From Minisyncoccia bacterium (lineage in GTDB: Bacteria; Patescibacteriota; Minisyncoccia; Phycocordibacterales; UBA9973): a stretch of 64,000 nt of DNA. The stretch is taken from assembly GCA_044229265.1 (NCBI GenBank), contig JBGATK010000003.1:24638-88637 (forward strand). Direction: 5' to 3'. The notes beneath the pieces are model-generated. The model was not told the origin of the DNA. It did no database searches and saw only the letters and a program-made list of their open reading frames with translations. This document shows, piece by piece, positions 1 through 7,501 of the stretch. The position numbers were made by a program, and so were the translations under genes. Each line of letters starts with the position of its first letter. The stretch's first letter is position 1.

Positions 1-79
1 CTTGATAATTTTCCTTTCTTTATTTGTATTTTCTTAAAAATCTGCTAATATATATGGGTTCAATAATAATTGAATATAT

Positions 80-151
80 TCGGGAGTAGCTCAGCGGTAG
101 AGCGGTCGCCTGTTAAGCGATTGGTCGTAGGTTCGATCCCTACCTCCCGAG
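80..151 (+). tRNA. tRNA-Asn (anticodon GTT)
   Basis: Cloverleaf read by eye. Acceptor stem TCGGGAG/CTCCCGA, D-arm GCTCAGCGGTAGAGC, anticodon stem GTCGC/GCGAT with loop CTGTTAA, T-arm GTAGG-TTCGATC-CCTAC. The U1:A72 first pair is unusual, so the 5' end is uncertain by 1-2 nt. Confidence 0.8.
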
Positions 152-156
152 CCCTT

Positions 157-188
157 AAAATCACTTTGTAAATCAAGGTGATTTTTTT
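157..188 (+). terminator. Rho-independent terminator after tRNA-Asn
   Basis: Hairpin AAATCAC...GTGATTT followed by a T-run. Confidence 0.5.
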
Positions 189-320
189 ATACCCAAATAG
201 GGTTTAGAACTAATGTTTGACTTATTTCAAAAATAATGTAATTTATAAATAAAGTTCTATCTTAAATAGATATAGGAGGAATGAAGAAACCTCCAGAAAG
301 CCATACGGAAAAAAATTATT

Positions 321-345
321 CTGGCATCGCACAGTGCGATAAAAT
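321..345 (+). promoter_or_regulatory. Promoter -10 (TAAAAT) overlapped by the perfect palindrome ATCGCAC-A-GTGCGAT (candidate operator); ATG follows 9 nt downstream, suggesting a leaderless mRNA
   Basis: Palindrome seen in sequence. The same module recurs upstream of ORF 1078. Confidence 0.45.
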
Positions 346-354
346 TTCTTTGAA

Positions 355-762
355 ATGCATTCAGTTAAAAAACTAGGGTTTTCAGTTTTACAAAAATTGT
401 TCCCTAAAAAAGATTTGGTTAAGTTCAAAAGAGAAACGTACATTCACAACAACTCAGATTGGCCACTAGAAGGATGGGTACCAGATAAAAATGGAACATT
501 TTCTATGGGCGACTTGATATTTGATTTTGGGTATACTTTTACTGTTTATGGGTTAGAGCTCGGAGTTGTTCACCTTAAACCAACTGAGGGTATGGATTTA
601 TTGAAACTTATTGAAAATGACGATGATATAAAACGAAGAAAGTTTTTACCATCTCATATTGCAAAAGTTCATTGGAATGTGTATCCTAGCGGCTTAAGAA
701 AAGAACAAGTGAGTATTCATACTCTATCAAAACAAGAAGTCGCTAAATTAAAGTTTGCTTAA
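355..762 (+). CDS. hypothetical small protein (135 aa)
   Basis: ORF with a dedicated promoter/operator module and a downstream terminator. No recognisable domain. Confidence 0.55.
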   Translation: MHSVKKLGFSVLQKLFPKKDLVKFKRETYIHNNSDWPLEGWVPDKNGTFSMGDLIFDFGYTFTVYGLELGVVHLKPTEGMDLLKLIENDDDIKRRKFLPSHIAKVHWNVYPSGLRKEQVSIHTLSKQEVAKLKFA

Positions 763-781
763 GAATTAAAAAATTGTGTTA

Positions 782-811
782 GGGATAGCTATTTAGATAG
801 CTATCCCTTTT
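782..811 (+). terminator. Rho-independent terminator
   Basis: GGGATAGCTATTTAGATAGCTATCCC hairpin plus a T-run. Confidence 0.6.
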
Positions 812-812
812 T

Positions 813-937
813 AGTTCTGAAGTACAGACATCGGAAACATCTCAAAAATCTTAGAAAACTCAATATCTCTTTTAATTTGAACCCAGTTAAGAGTTCTGAA
901 CTTGTCCACGAGAGGGAGCCAGCTATTGACTTTTATG
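813..937 (+). repeat. Intergenic repeat E, copy 1 (about 125 bp)
   Basis: Near-identical to 1575..1697. Contains the direct repeat AGTTCTGAA(G/C)T twice, about 85 bp apart, and ends in TTGACTTTTATG (a -35-like TTGACT). Confidence 0.7.
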
Positions 938-1043
938 TCAAACTATGCTATCATATAAAGTGTAGGTTTTTCTGCTTCCTTAATTAGTAGATATGGTGAG
1001 AATAGACAAACTCACTTAATGGCACAAAGCAATCAAATAATCT

Positions 1044-1067
1044 CGGCATCGCACGTTGCGGTAAAAT
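1044..1067 (+). promoter_or_regulatory. Second copy of the operator/-10 module (GGCATCGCACGTTGCGGTAAAAT); ATG follows 10 nt downstream
   Basis: Sequence similarity to 321..345. Confidence 0.45.
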
Positions 1068-1077
1068 ACATTGAAAA

Positions 1078-1518
1078 ATGAATAGCACATTAAACAATCT
1101 AGCATTACTTTCTTTCAAAAGAAAAGCTAGGAAGCTTGGTAAAAACATTGAAGTTGCCAATTTAACAGACCAAGGATTTTTTGAAGAATACTTGGTTTGT
1201 GCAGGTGAAACTTTAATCATCTGGAGTGAAGAAAATGGATTTCATTCTATTCTCACAGAAAATGATAAAGAACTTGCCTATCTGGTGAATTTTCCAGACA
1301 AGTATGGCTACGATGAAGTTTACTATTTTGGTATTCTTAACAAAGATAAGACAAAGTTATATGTTTATCGTTGTTATGACCAGCTTACTCATCAGAATGA
1401 AGTGTTGGCTTACGGCTTACAATTTCAAATTGAGGAATACCTTAAACAAGAAGAGGTGGATATTGACAATCATATGAGTCATATCACATCCCTTTGCGGA
1501 AGAGCATCTTGTGGTTGA
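1078..1518 (+). CDS. hypothetical small protein (146 aa)
   Basis: ORF preceded by the conserved operator/promoter module and followed by a strong terminator. Confidence 0.55.
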   Translation: MNSTLNNLALLSFKRKARKLGKNIEVANLTDQGFFEEYLVCAGETLIIWSEENGFHSILTENDKELAYLVNFPDKYGYDEVYYFGILNKDKTKLYVYRCYDQLTHQNEVLAYGLQFQIEEYLKQEEVDIDNHMSHITSLCGRASCG

Positions 1519-1528
1519 AAAATAATCA

Positions 1529-1567
1529 AACCCACCAGTAGAAAATCTACTTCGGTGGGTTTTCTAT
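1529..1567 (+). terminator. Rho-independent terminator
   Basis: CCCACC...GGTGGG stem with an inner AGTAG/CTACT stem, followed by TTTTC. Confidence 0.6.
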
Positions 1568-1574
1568 TTCTATG

Positions 1575-1697
1575 AGTTCTGAAGTGCTATCATCGGGAAT
1601 AACTCAAAAATCTTAGAAAACTCAATATCTCGTTTAATCTGAACCCAATTGAGAGTTCTGAACGTGTCCACTAGAGGGAGCAGATTTGACTTTTATG
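1575..1697 (+). repeat. Intergenic repeat E, copy 2
   Basis: Aligns with 813..937 with few substitutions. Confidence 0.7.
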
Positions 1698-1801
1698 TAT
1701 TTAATGATATTATAAAAATAATATCGCTCTTTCACATTTTATTTGATTGTTTACTAAAGAAGCTTTTTGGCTTTTATGGTAAACAATCAAATGCAAATAT
1801 T

Positions 1802-2176
1802 ATGGAAAATAAAAAAGATATTGATGAAATAAAATCTTTTTGTTCTAAAAAGTATACCTACTGGGCAACGGGAAGTATCCAATATTCTCTTTTCAATCAA
1901 GAAATACTTTTTTCAAAATATCAACAAAAGGTTGCTTTTGTTATGAAAAAGACATCAAGTAATTTAATTAGTGATACAGTTGGCGGTATATTTTATCCTT
2001 TTGTTCATAAAGTTCATGAAATAAAATATATTTTATGTATTCTAGATTTGGATACGCAAAATGTATTGTTAGAGATGGAACTCAGTTCTGGTCCAAGTGG
2101 TGATTTAGATATTGATAAGATATTGTCTTTTTCTGACACTTTGGAGAAGAAATTATTCAATTTAGTTCATAATTAA
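1802..2176 (+). CDS. hypothetical small protein (124 aa)
   Basis: The listed ORF starts at 1649, but its first 51 codons lie inside repeat E2. The start is placed at the internal ATG at 1802 (MENKKDIDE...). Confidence 0.45.
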   Translation: MENKKDIDEIKSFCSKKYTYWATGSIQYSLFNQEILFSKYQQKVAFVMKKTSSNLISDTVGGIFYPFVHKVHEIKYILCILDLDTQNVLLEMELSSGPSGDLDIDKILSFSDTLEKKLFNLVHN

Positions 2177-2198
2177 ATTGCTTCAGAAAAATCAAAAA

Positions 2199-2228
2199 AT
2201 AAACTCGCTTCGGCGGGTTTTTTTATTC
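2199..2228 (+). terminator. Rho-independent terminator
   Basis: ACTCGC-TTCG-GCGGGT hairpin followed by a T-run. Confidence 0.55.
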
Positions 2229-2307
2229 CTTATCTAAGATACTTAATCGAACATCATCCCAAGTTCGGAGCAAATAAAAAAAACGTCAAGAGACGGTGTT
2301 TTTTGTG

Positions 2308-3342
2308 CTAAAAAACTTTAGAGAAAATAGAAATAAGTGGCGCCAGTAGATAGTCATACCAGTGTGGTTTATAAGTTTTAGGATCAAAAAGATTACTCTT
2401 TCCCTTCCATTTTTCAGCTATTTTTTCAAGCTCTCCCACTACCCTACTTTCTTCAAAAAAAACACCTATTTCTGAATTATAATCAAAAGAAAGAAAATCA
2501 ATATTTTGTGATCCTATTAGTGCCCTCTTGCCATCTATAATTAAAACTTTAGCATGGTTCATAAATGGCTCAGTATATACCTTGACCCCTAGGCCAGACA
2601 TTTTATTCATATAAAAATAATTCGCACGGTCTGGAATAAACCAATCTACATAATATGGCACTATTACTTCAACTTCCACGCCACGTATTACCGCTTGGTG
2701 AAGCACAGCCCGGAGCCAGCGTTTTGGTGCAAAATACGGAGTAATAATTGTGACTTTTTTTTCAGCCTTGTTAAGAGCTTCTTTGTATATTCTTTTTAAA
2801 CTAAATTTTCGCATCTCTGGAATATGTTCTACCATCCAGTTTTTAGCATTATCTATTTTTAATTTTTTGTTTTTACTTTTAAGGTATTCATCCTTGCCTC
2901 CGACAGAAACGTAGAATCTAGCAAAAGTTCGCAAAAGTTTACCCACCAATTTTTTGTTTTTTATTTCTACCATCAAATCTTTCCAGAAGAAAGTATCCTG
3001 TTTTAAATTTACCCCACCCATATAAGCTATCGTTTCATCTACTATCAAAATCTTGCGATGTATTCTATGAAAAATATGCGAGGAAAAAATAACTTCTATG
3101 CCAGCACCTTCGAGTTCGGCTACTGCTTTTTTATTTAAAGCAAAACTACCTACATAATCTAATACCAAATGAACTTTTACGCCTTGTTTTGCTTTTTTAA
3201 TTAAAAGCTCAAAAAAGTTGTATTTTTGCATATCATTATGGAATATATATATTTCAAGCAGAATGCTATTTTCAGAGCGTTCTATGGCGCTATACATAGC
3301 CTGCCAAGCCCTGGTAGAATCAGTAAAAAATCTGTATTGCAT
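2308..3342 (-). CDS. Phospholipase D family protein with two HKD motifs (cardiolipin-synthase-like)
   Basis: HRKILIVDE...GGVNL and HAKVLIIDGKRALIGSQNID motifs. Confidence 0.75.
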   Translation of the reverse strand: MQYRFFTDSTRAWQAMYSAIERSENSILLEIYIFHNDMQKYNFFELLIKKAKQGVKVHLVLDYVGSFALNKKAVAELEGAGIEVIFSSHIFHRIHRKILIVDETIAYMGGVNLKQDTFFWKDLMVEIKNKKLVGKLLRTFARFYVSVGGKDEYLKSKNKKLKIDNAKNWMVEHIPEMRKFSLKRIYKEALNKAEKKVTIITPYFAPKRWLRAVLHQAVIRGVEVEVIVPYYVDWFIPDRANYFYMNKMSGLGVKVYTEPFMNHAKVLIIDGKRALIGSQNIDFLSFDYNSEIGVFFEESRVVGELEKIAEKWKGKSNLFDPKTYKPHWYDYLLAPLISIFSKVF

Positions 3343-3387
3343 AGAGGCTATTATAGCATTAAAAATAGCTGTGTTATAATTTTTATA

Positions 3388-4221
3388 ATGAAAAAAATAC
3401 GAAAAATCAAGAAGAAAAATAAAAAATTTGGATTAAAACTTTATGGCATATTTGTATTTACTGTGATAACTAGTATGATGGGTAGTTTTTATGCTCTAGG
3501 TTTCAGGGTAGAAGATATGCTTGATATTTCTTTGTATCAAAATCTAGCCAACCCTTCAGTAAAAGTAGTTCGAGTATATGCTGGCCTTCGCAAAGAAGAA
3601 ATAGCCGAGGTTTTTTACAAAAATTTAAATTGGACAGAGAAAGAAGCCGAGGAATTTGCTAAAGCAAATTCCTCGGCCAATTCCTCCCCTATCGAAGGCA
3701 AATTACTACCAAAAACATATCTAATTAACAAAGACGCTACACCTGCCGAAGTTCAAAATATTATGCTTACGGAATTTGAAAAAGCTTTCACTAAAATTCA
3801 AGCCAAATCTAACAAAAAAATAATAAACGAAGAAATAATTATTAAAATCGCTTCTATAATACAACGTGAAGCTTCTGGTAAAAAAGACATGCCACTTATA
3901 TCCGGCATAATCTGGAATCGTTTTTGGCTAGGAATGAAGCTCGAAATGGATTCCACTATTCAGTATGTAAAAGGCAGTGAAGAAGCTGGCTGGTGGAAGC
4001 AAATTTCTGTGAAAGACAAAAAAATAGATTCGCCTTATAATACCTATCTATACGAAGGTTTTCCTCCAGGAGCCATATCAAACCCTAGCTTAGACGCCAT
4101 AAATGCCGCTTACAACCCGACTAAAACCAAATGCATCTTTTACATACATGACAAGCAAAAAAGAACTCACTGCAGTGAGACTTACGAAGAACACAAAAAG
4201 AATGTGGAAGAATATTTATAA
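3388..4221 (+). CDS. mltG: Endolytic murein transglycosylase MltG (YceG-like)
   Basis: N-terminal transmembrane segment and a C-terminal ...FPPGAISNPSLDAINAAYNP...EH motif block typical of MltG. Start placed at MKKIRK (3388) rather than the ORF's first Met. Confidence 0.65.
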   Translation: MKKIRKIKKKNKKFGLKLYGIFVFTVITSMMGSFYALGFRVEDMLDISLYQNLANPSVKVVRVYAGLRKEEIAEVFYKNLNWTEKEAEEFAKANSSANSSPIEGKLLPKTYLINKDATPAEVQNIMLTEFEKAFTKIQAKSNKKIINEEIIIKIASIIQREASGKKDMPLISGIIWNRFWLGMKLEMDSTIQYVKGSEEAGWWKQISVKDKKIDSPYNTYLYEGFPPGAISNPSLDAINAAYNPTKTKCIFYIHDKQKRTHCSETYEEHKKNVEEYL

Positions 4222-4263
4222 CATTTGCTTTTTTTATAAAATAAGCTAAAATGTCTTTTATTG

Positions 4264-4291
4264 GGCCGTTAGCTATCTGTAGCGCCTCGTA
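4264..4291 (+). pseudogene. Degenerate 5'-half fragment of tRNA-Ala
   Basis: GGGCCGTTAGCT-ATCTG-TAG-CGCC matches the first 28 nt of the intact tRNA-Ala at 4335, with small deletions. Confidence 0.5.
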
Positions 4292-4334
4292 AAAGCAAAG
4301 TTTAATATTTATAGTTTGATATAATTACATACAT

Positions 4335-4407
4335 GGGCCGTTAGCTCATCTGGTAGAGCACCTCATTTGCAATGAGGGGGTGGCAGGTTCGAGTCCTGTA
4401 CGGTCCA
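4335..4407 (+). tRNA. tRNA-Ala (anticodon TGC)
   Basis: GGGCCGT acceptor stem with the G3:U70 Ala identity pair, D-arm GCTCATCTGGTAGAGC, anticodon loop TTTGCAA, T-arm GCAGG-TTCGAGT-CCTGT. Confidence 0.85.
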
Positions 4408-5930
4408 CAGTTTAGAACATCGTTAGAAAAATCGGGCGCGCGCTTGCGCGCGAGAATGGAGGGCGAAGGGGTGAAATCCGAATGCGGGTTGTGGGATATA
4501 GCGAATTCGGTCGGTGGGCAAAATGAGACATAGACGGATTTTCCACACAATTGGGGGTTCGTTCCAATTTTTTTGAAATAGTCTTTAATTTCAAAAAAAT
4601 TGTCGCTTGAAATCAATTGCGTGGCTTTTTTCATATCTAAAATCCATTCCCGCAAGGGTTCAATCCAAATATTTCTCTCCTCTCGGGCAGAGTCCATTTT
4701 GTGAGCGAGAGATACTTTTTGTTTCAAAAGCTCGTCTTTTTTGGCTAGGTAGTTTGCTTTTGGTATATCGCCATCAAGAAAAAGGGTAATCAAATTATCT
4801 AGCTTTTGTTGTATCTCTCGCTCACGCTCTCTCATCTGCCCGACAGCACTTCCCGACGATACTTTTACTTCTTTTTCCCATTCGTCTGTTTGCTTGGTCA
4901 TATACTCAATCCATTCGTCGGGAAGTGAAATCTGCTGAAGCCGTTCTTTGAGTTGCAAGACGAGCTTGTCTTCCCGCAAATATCCTTGCAAACAATTTTT
5001 CTTTTTCGTACAGCGATAATACCGATACTTCGTACCAAAGCGATTGGTCGCCCATTGTGCGGTTATCATTCCTCCGCACTCACCACAACGGAAAAGTCCT
5101 GTGAAAGGAAAATTGTGTCCAACTTTTGTTTTGCGGGGTCTTGCTCGCTCTTGCAACCTTTTTTGAACGGCTTCAAATAGCTCGGGATAAATAATTGGCG
5201 CAAAGCTGCCTTGATGCCATTCGTCTCTGTGTTTTACTAAACCGATATATGCTTTGCTCGTGAGCAGAGAGACGATGGCGGCTTTGCCAAGTGGCGTTCC
5301 ACATTTCGTGATGACTCCATGTTCCGCCAAAAAGTGCGAGAGTGATAAGAGGGTGTGCTTACCCGTGGCGAATTCGGTATATCCTTTGAGAATAATTCTC
5401 GCGAGTACAGGATCAGGCTCAATGTTCCTCGTTCTTGGATTGTTCACATAGCCACGCGGTCCTTTGGTAAGCCACTCTCCACGCCTGACTTTTTGGCGAA
5501 TTCCTCGCTCAACATTTTGCTTTAAATTGTCAGAATAATACTTGGATTGTCCGAACGCCACTTGAAGCATAAAGAGTCCTTGCGGGGTAGGTTCAAACCA
5601 AAATGTCGGAAAGCGCAAAGACACAATCTTTTGAGTATCTACTGCGTAGATAACTCGTCCACCGTCAATTGAGTTTCTTGCTAATCTATCGGGATGCCAT
5701 GCGAGAATACCTGCTCCATCCATTGACTCTATGCGCGACATCATTTCACCAAACTTTTGACGACCCGGTGTCTTTGCGCTTTTTGACTCTTGAAATTCTT
5801 CTAGAATTTCAAGATTTTCTTTACGCGCGAACTCACGAAGCTCAAAGAGTTGAGCTTCAATACTCATGACTTGTTTGTCGTCTTCCTCCGTACTCTTTCG
5901 TGCGTATAGAAAATATTTTGGTTTGTTCAT
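4341..5930 (-). CDS. Large serine recombinase
   Basis: N-terminal YARKST...Q...SIEAQ catalytic motif, recombinase domain, CGECGG zinc-ribbon and coiled-coil. Start placed at MNKPKY (5930). The ORF has no stop until 4341, so it reads through the left IR and into tRNA-Ala; the true C-terminus is uncertain. Confidence 0.8.
   Translation of the reverse strand: MNKPKYFLYARKSTEEDDKQVMSIEAQLFELREFARKENLEILEEFQESKSAKTPGRQKFGEMMSRIESMDGAGILAWHPDRLARNSIDGGRVIYAVDTQKIVSLRFPTFWFEPTPQGLFMLQVAFGQSKYYSDNLKQNVERGIRQKVRRGEWLTKGPRGYVNNPRTRNIEPDPVLARIILKGYTEFATGKHTLLSLSHFLAEHGVITKCGTPLGKAAIVSLLTSKAYIGLVKHRDEWHQGSFAPIIYPELFEAVQKRLQERARPRKTKVGHNFPFTGLFRCGECGGMITAQWATNRFGTKYRYYRCTKKKNCLQGYLREDKLVLQLKERLQQISLPDEWIEYMTKQTDEWEKEVKVSSGSAVGQMREREREIQQKLDNLITLFLDGDIPKANYLAKKDELLKQKVSLAHKMDSAREERNIWIEPLREWILDMKKATQLISSDNFFEIKDYFKKIGTNPQLCGKSVYVSFCPPTEFAISHNPHSDFTPSPSILARKRAPDFSNDVLNCGPYRTRTCHPLIANEVLYQMS
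4405..4520. repeat. Left inverted repeat (X, 116 bp) flanking the serine recombinase gene
   Basis: Reverse complement equals 5987..6102 with one mismatch. GC-rich, with internal palindromes (CGCGCGCTTGCGCGCG; CCGAAT...ATTCGG). Overlaps the last 3 nt of tRNA-Ala. Confidence 0.9.
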
Positions 5931-5986
5931 ATATTTGTTTTTAGATTTGAAAAAAGAATCCGTGTTTGTCTCGTTTCTGAGCCCTA

Positions 5987-6102
5987 TGCCCACCGACCGA
6001 ATTCGCTATATTCCACAACCCGCATTCGGATTTCACCCCTTCGCCCTCCATTCTCGCGCGCAAGCGCGCGCCCGATTTTTCTAACGATGTTCTAAACTGT
6101 GG
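5987..6102. repeat. Right inverted repeat (X') of the recombinase unit
   Basis: Reverse complement of 4405..4520. Confidence 0.9.
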
Positions 6103-6356
6103 TCTAATCATTACCAATGCGCGAACTTTTTTTGAGGACCAAATGAATGATTGTGTACGCTCCACGCAAAGTGTTAATTTAAATTAATTCTTACGCTCTA
6201 CTAATATCTTAATTCTATCAAATTCAACAGATGCCGAGCAAGCTCGGCATCCTGCCCGAGTCCCATCGCAATCCTCCGCCCACTTCGCTTTGCGAAGTGT
6301 TGGCGGACAAGCATTCTTTATGATTCGGCGGGGGTTTCTTTTGATTTGGTATGGGG
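6098..6356. repeat. Long inverted repeat IR-A (about 259 bp), left copy
   Basis: Reverse complement of 14030..14286. Directly abuts X', overlapping it by 5 bp (TGTGG). GC-rich hairpins GATGCCGAGCAAGCTCGGCATC and CACTTCGCTTTGCGAAGTG. Confidence 0.9.
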
Positions 6357-6453
6357 GATGGGGTGAGGAAAAAAGTTTGACAAACCTATTCAATACGTTT
6401 AATATCATAGCATACTCGCTCTTTGAAAAACGATAGTTTGTTTATATATAATT

Positions 6454-6792
6454 TTGGGTAAGTTAAAGTCTCTTTTTTGGGCTTTTAACTTATTCAAAAT
6501 TATTTATTTACTAAATCAAAAAATTATGGAAAATCAAAATCTTAATTCAAAATCCTATCTTTTACTGCGAAAAACATTAAAAAATTTATGTGCGATGAGC
6601 TTTGTCTGCTTCATGTTATTCGGGTCTTTACTTTTTGGACATATAGACAATTACAAAGATTATTCTCACACAACATCAGAGTATGCTCAAATCAGACAAA
6701 CTATTAATCTATATTTTTGTTTTTCGTTAGTCTCAATTTTTACCTGTTTAGCTTTATTGATTACAATATTCACCAAAGATAAAGAAGATTAA
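6454..6792 (+). CDS. hypothetical membrane protein (112 aa)
   Basis: ORF with two hydrophobic segments. Confidence 0.45.
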   Translation: MGKLKSLFWAFNLFKIIYLLNQKIMENQNLNSKSYLLLRKTLKNLCAMSFVCFMLFGSLLFGHIDNYKDYSHTTSEYAQIRQTINLYFCFSLVSIFTCLALLITIFTKDKED

Positions 6793-6830
6793 ATTTAAAT
6801 CTTTACCTTAAACCTTAAAATTTTACTGAA

Positions 6831-6992
6831 ATGAAAAATTATCTGATTTTTTTATTGAGCACTTTGAAAACTGAAAATCAAATTAACAGAGAGATGCTAG
6901 AGGTGTTTATCCTTGGAGGAGTCATTGGAATAGTGCTAGGTAGCTTCGTTATGATACTGCGCAAAAAACAAGGCAAAAATACTCCCTCCTGA
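6831..6992 (+). CDS. possible small membrane protein (53 aa)
   Basis: ORF translated by hand (MKNYLIFLLSTLKTENQ...), with a hydrophobic core, followed by the terminator hairpin at 7016..7046. Confidence 0.3.
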   Translation: MKNYLIFLLSTLKTENQINREMLEVFILGGVIGIVLGSFVMILRKKQGKNTPS

Positions 6993-7045
6993 TTAAGATT
7001 TCAAAGTCATTAGATCAGAAGCCTGTTCAAATGTTCAGGCTTTTT

Positions 7046-7501
7046 TTATTTCCCTTTCAAATATTCACCAAAATCTTTAAATAGTCCTAAGGATGTCGCT
7101 CGTAGTTCTGCCCTTTTTTCTTTCGTAAGTCCAAGGACAACACTTGGGTCATGCAAATCCATTCTATTTGTTGTAGGAGATATGCACAAAAGTCCCTTTT
7201 CTTTTTCCCAATTCCAGATAATCATTTTCCAGTATATTCTTTCACCTTCTTTTGAACTAGAATTATTAAACTCTTTAGCAAGAGCACCTATTTTATTAAA
7301 CAGTTCTTCATTCAAATTTTGCCAGTCATCTTGTCCTGATTTTTTGAGTGAGAAAAATATATACGGCAAAACATATTTTTCTTGAGAAAGATTTGCTTTA
7401 TCACTCTCAATAAAATCTCCATCGTATCCATCATACATATTTATAACTTCACCACCAGCTGAATTAATATAATTTACTATCTCTATTGTTTCTTTAAGCA
7501 T
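7046..7501 (-). CDS. hypothetical protein (151 aa), second gene of the operon
   Basis: ORF; start overlaps the stop of the upstream gene. Confidence 0.5.
   Translation of the reverse strand: MLKETIEIVNYINSAGGEVINMYDGYDGDFIESDKANLSQEKYVLPYIFFSLKKSGQDDWQNLNEELFNKIGALAKEFNNSSSKEGERIYWKMIIWNWEKEKGLLCISPTTNRMDLHDPSVVLGLTKEKRAELRATSLGLFKDFGEYLKGK

Noticed and set aside
80-86. Alternative tRNA-Asn 5' end starting at G82
   Set aside because: The 7-bp acceptor pairing with CTCCCGA requires TCGGGAG starting at 80, although U1 is unusual. The boundary is uncertain by 1-2 nt.
813-937. Repeat E as an integron attC-like site
   Set aside because: Its internal repeats are direct, not inverted, with no imperfect palindrome. 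It is more consistent with a regulatory or promoter module.
1649-1801. N-terminal 51 codons of ORF 1649-2176
   Set aside because: They lie inside repeat E2, which is intergenic in its other copy. The start was moved to 1802.
4412-5451. Small ORFs nested in, or antisense to, the serine recombinase gene (4412-4594, 4607-4789, 4953-5180, 5237-5422, 5254-5451)
   Set aside because: They overlap a well-supported CDS, have no independent signals, and some fall inside the inverted repeat.
6184-6408. Identical 74-codon ORFs at 6184-6408 (-) and 13976-14200 (+)
   Set aside because: They are identical only because they lie inside the IR-A/IR-A' inverted repeats. The GC-rich repeat lacks stop codons by composition, and there is no start or RBS context.
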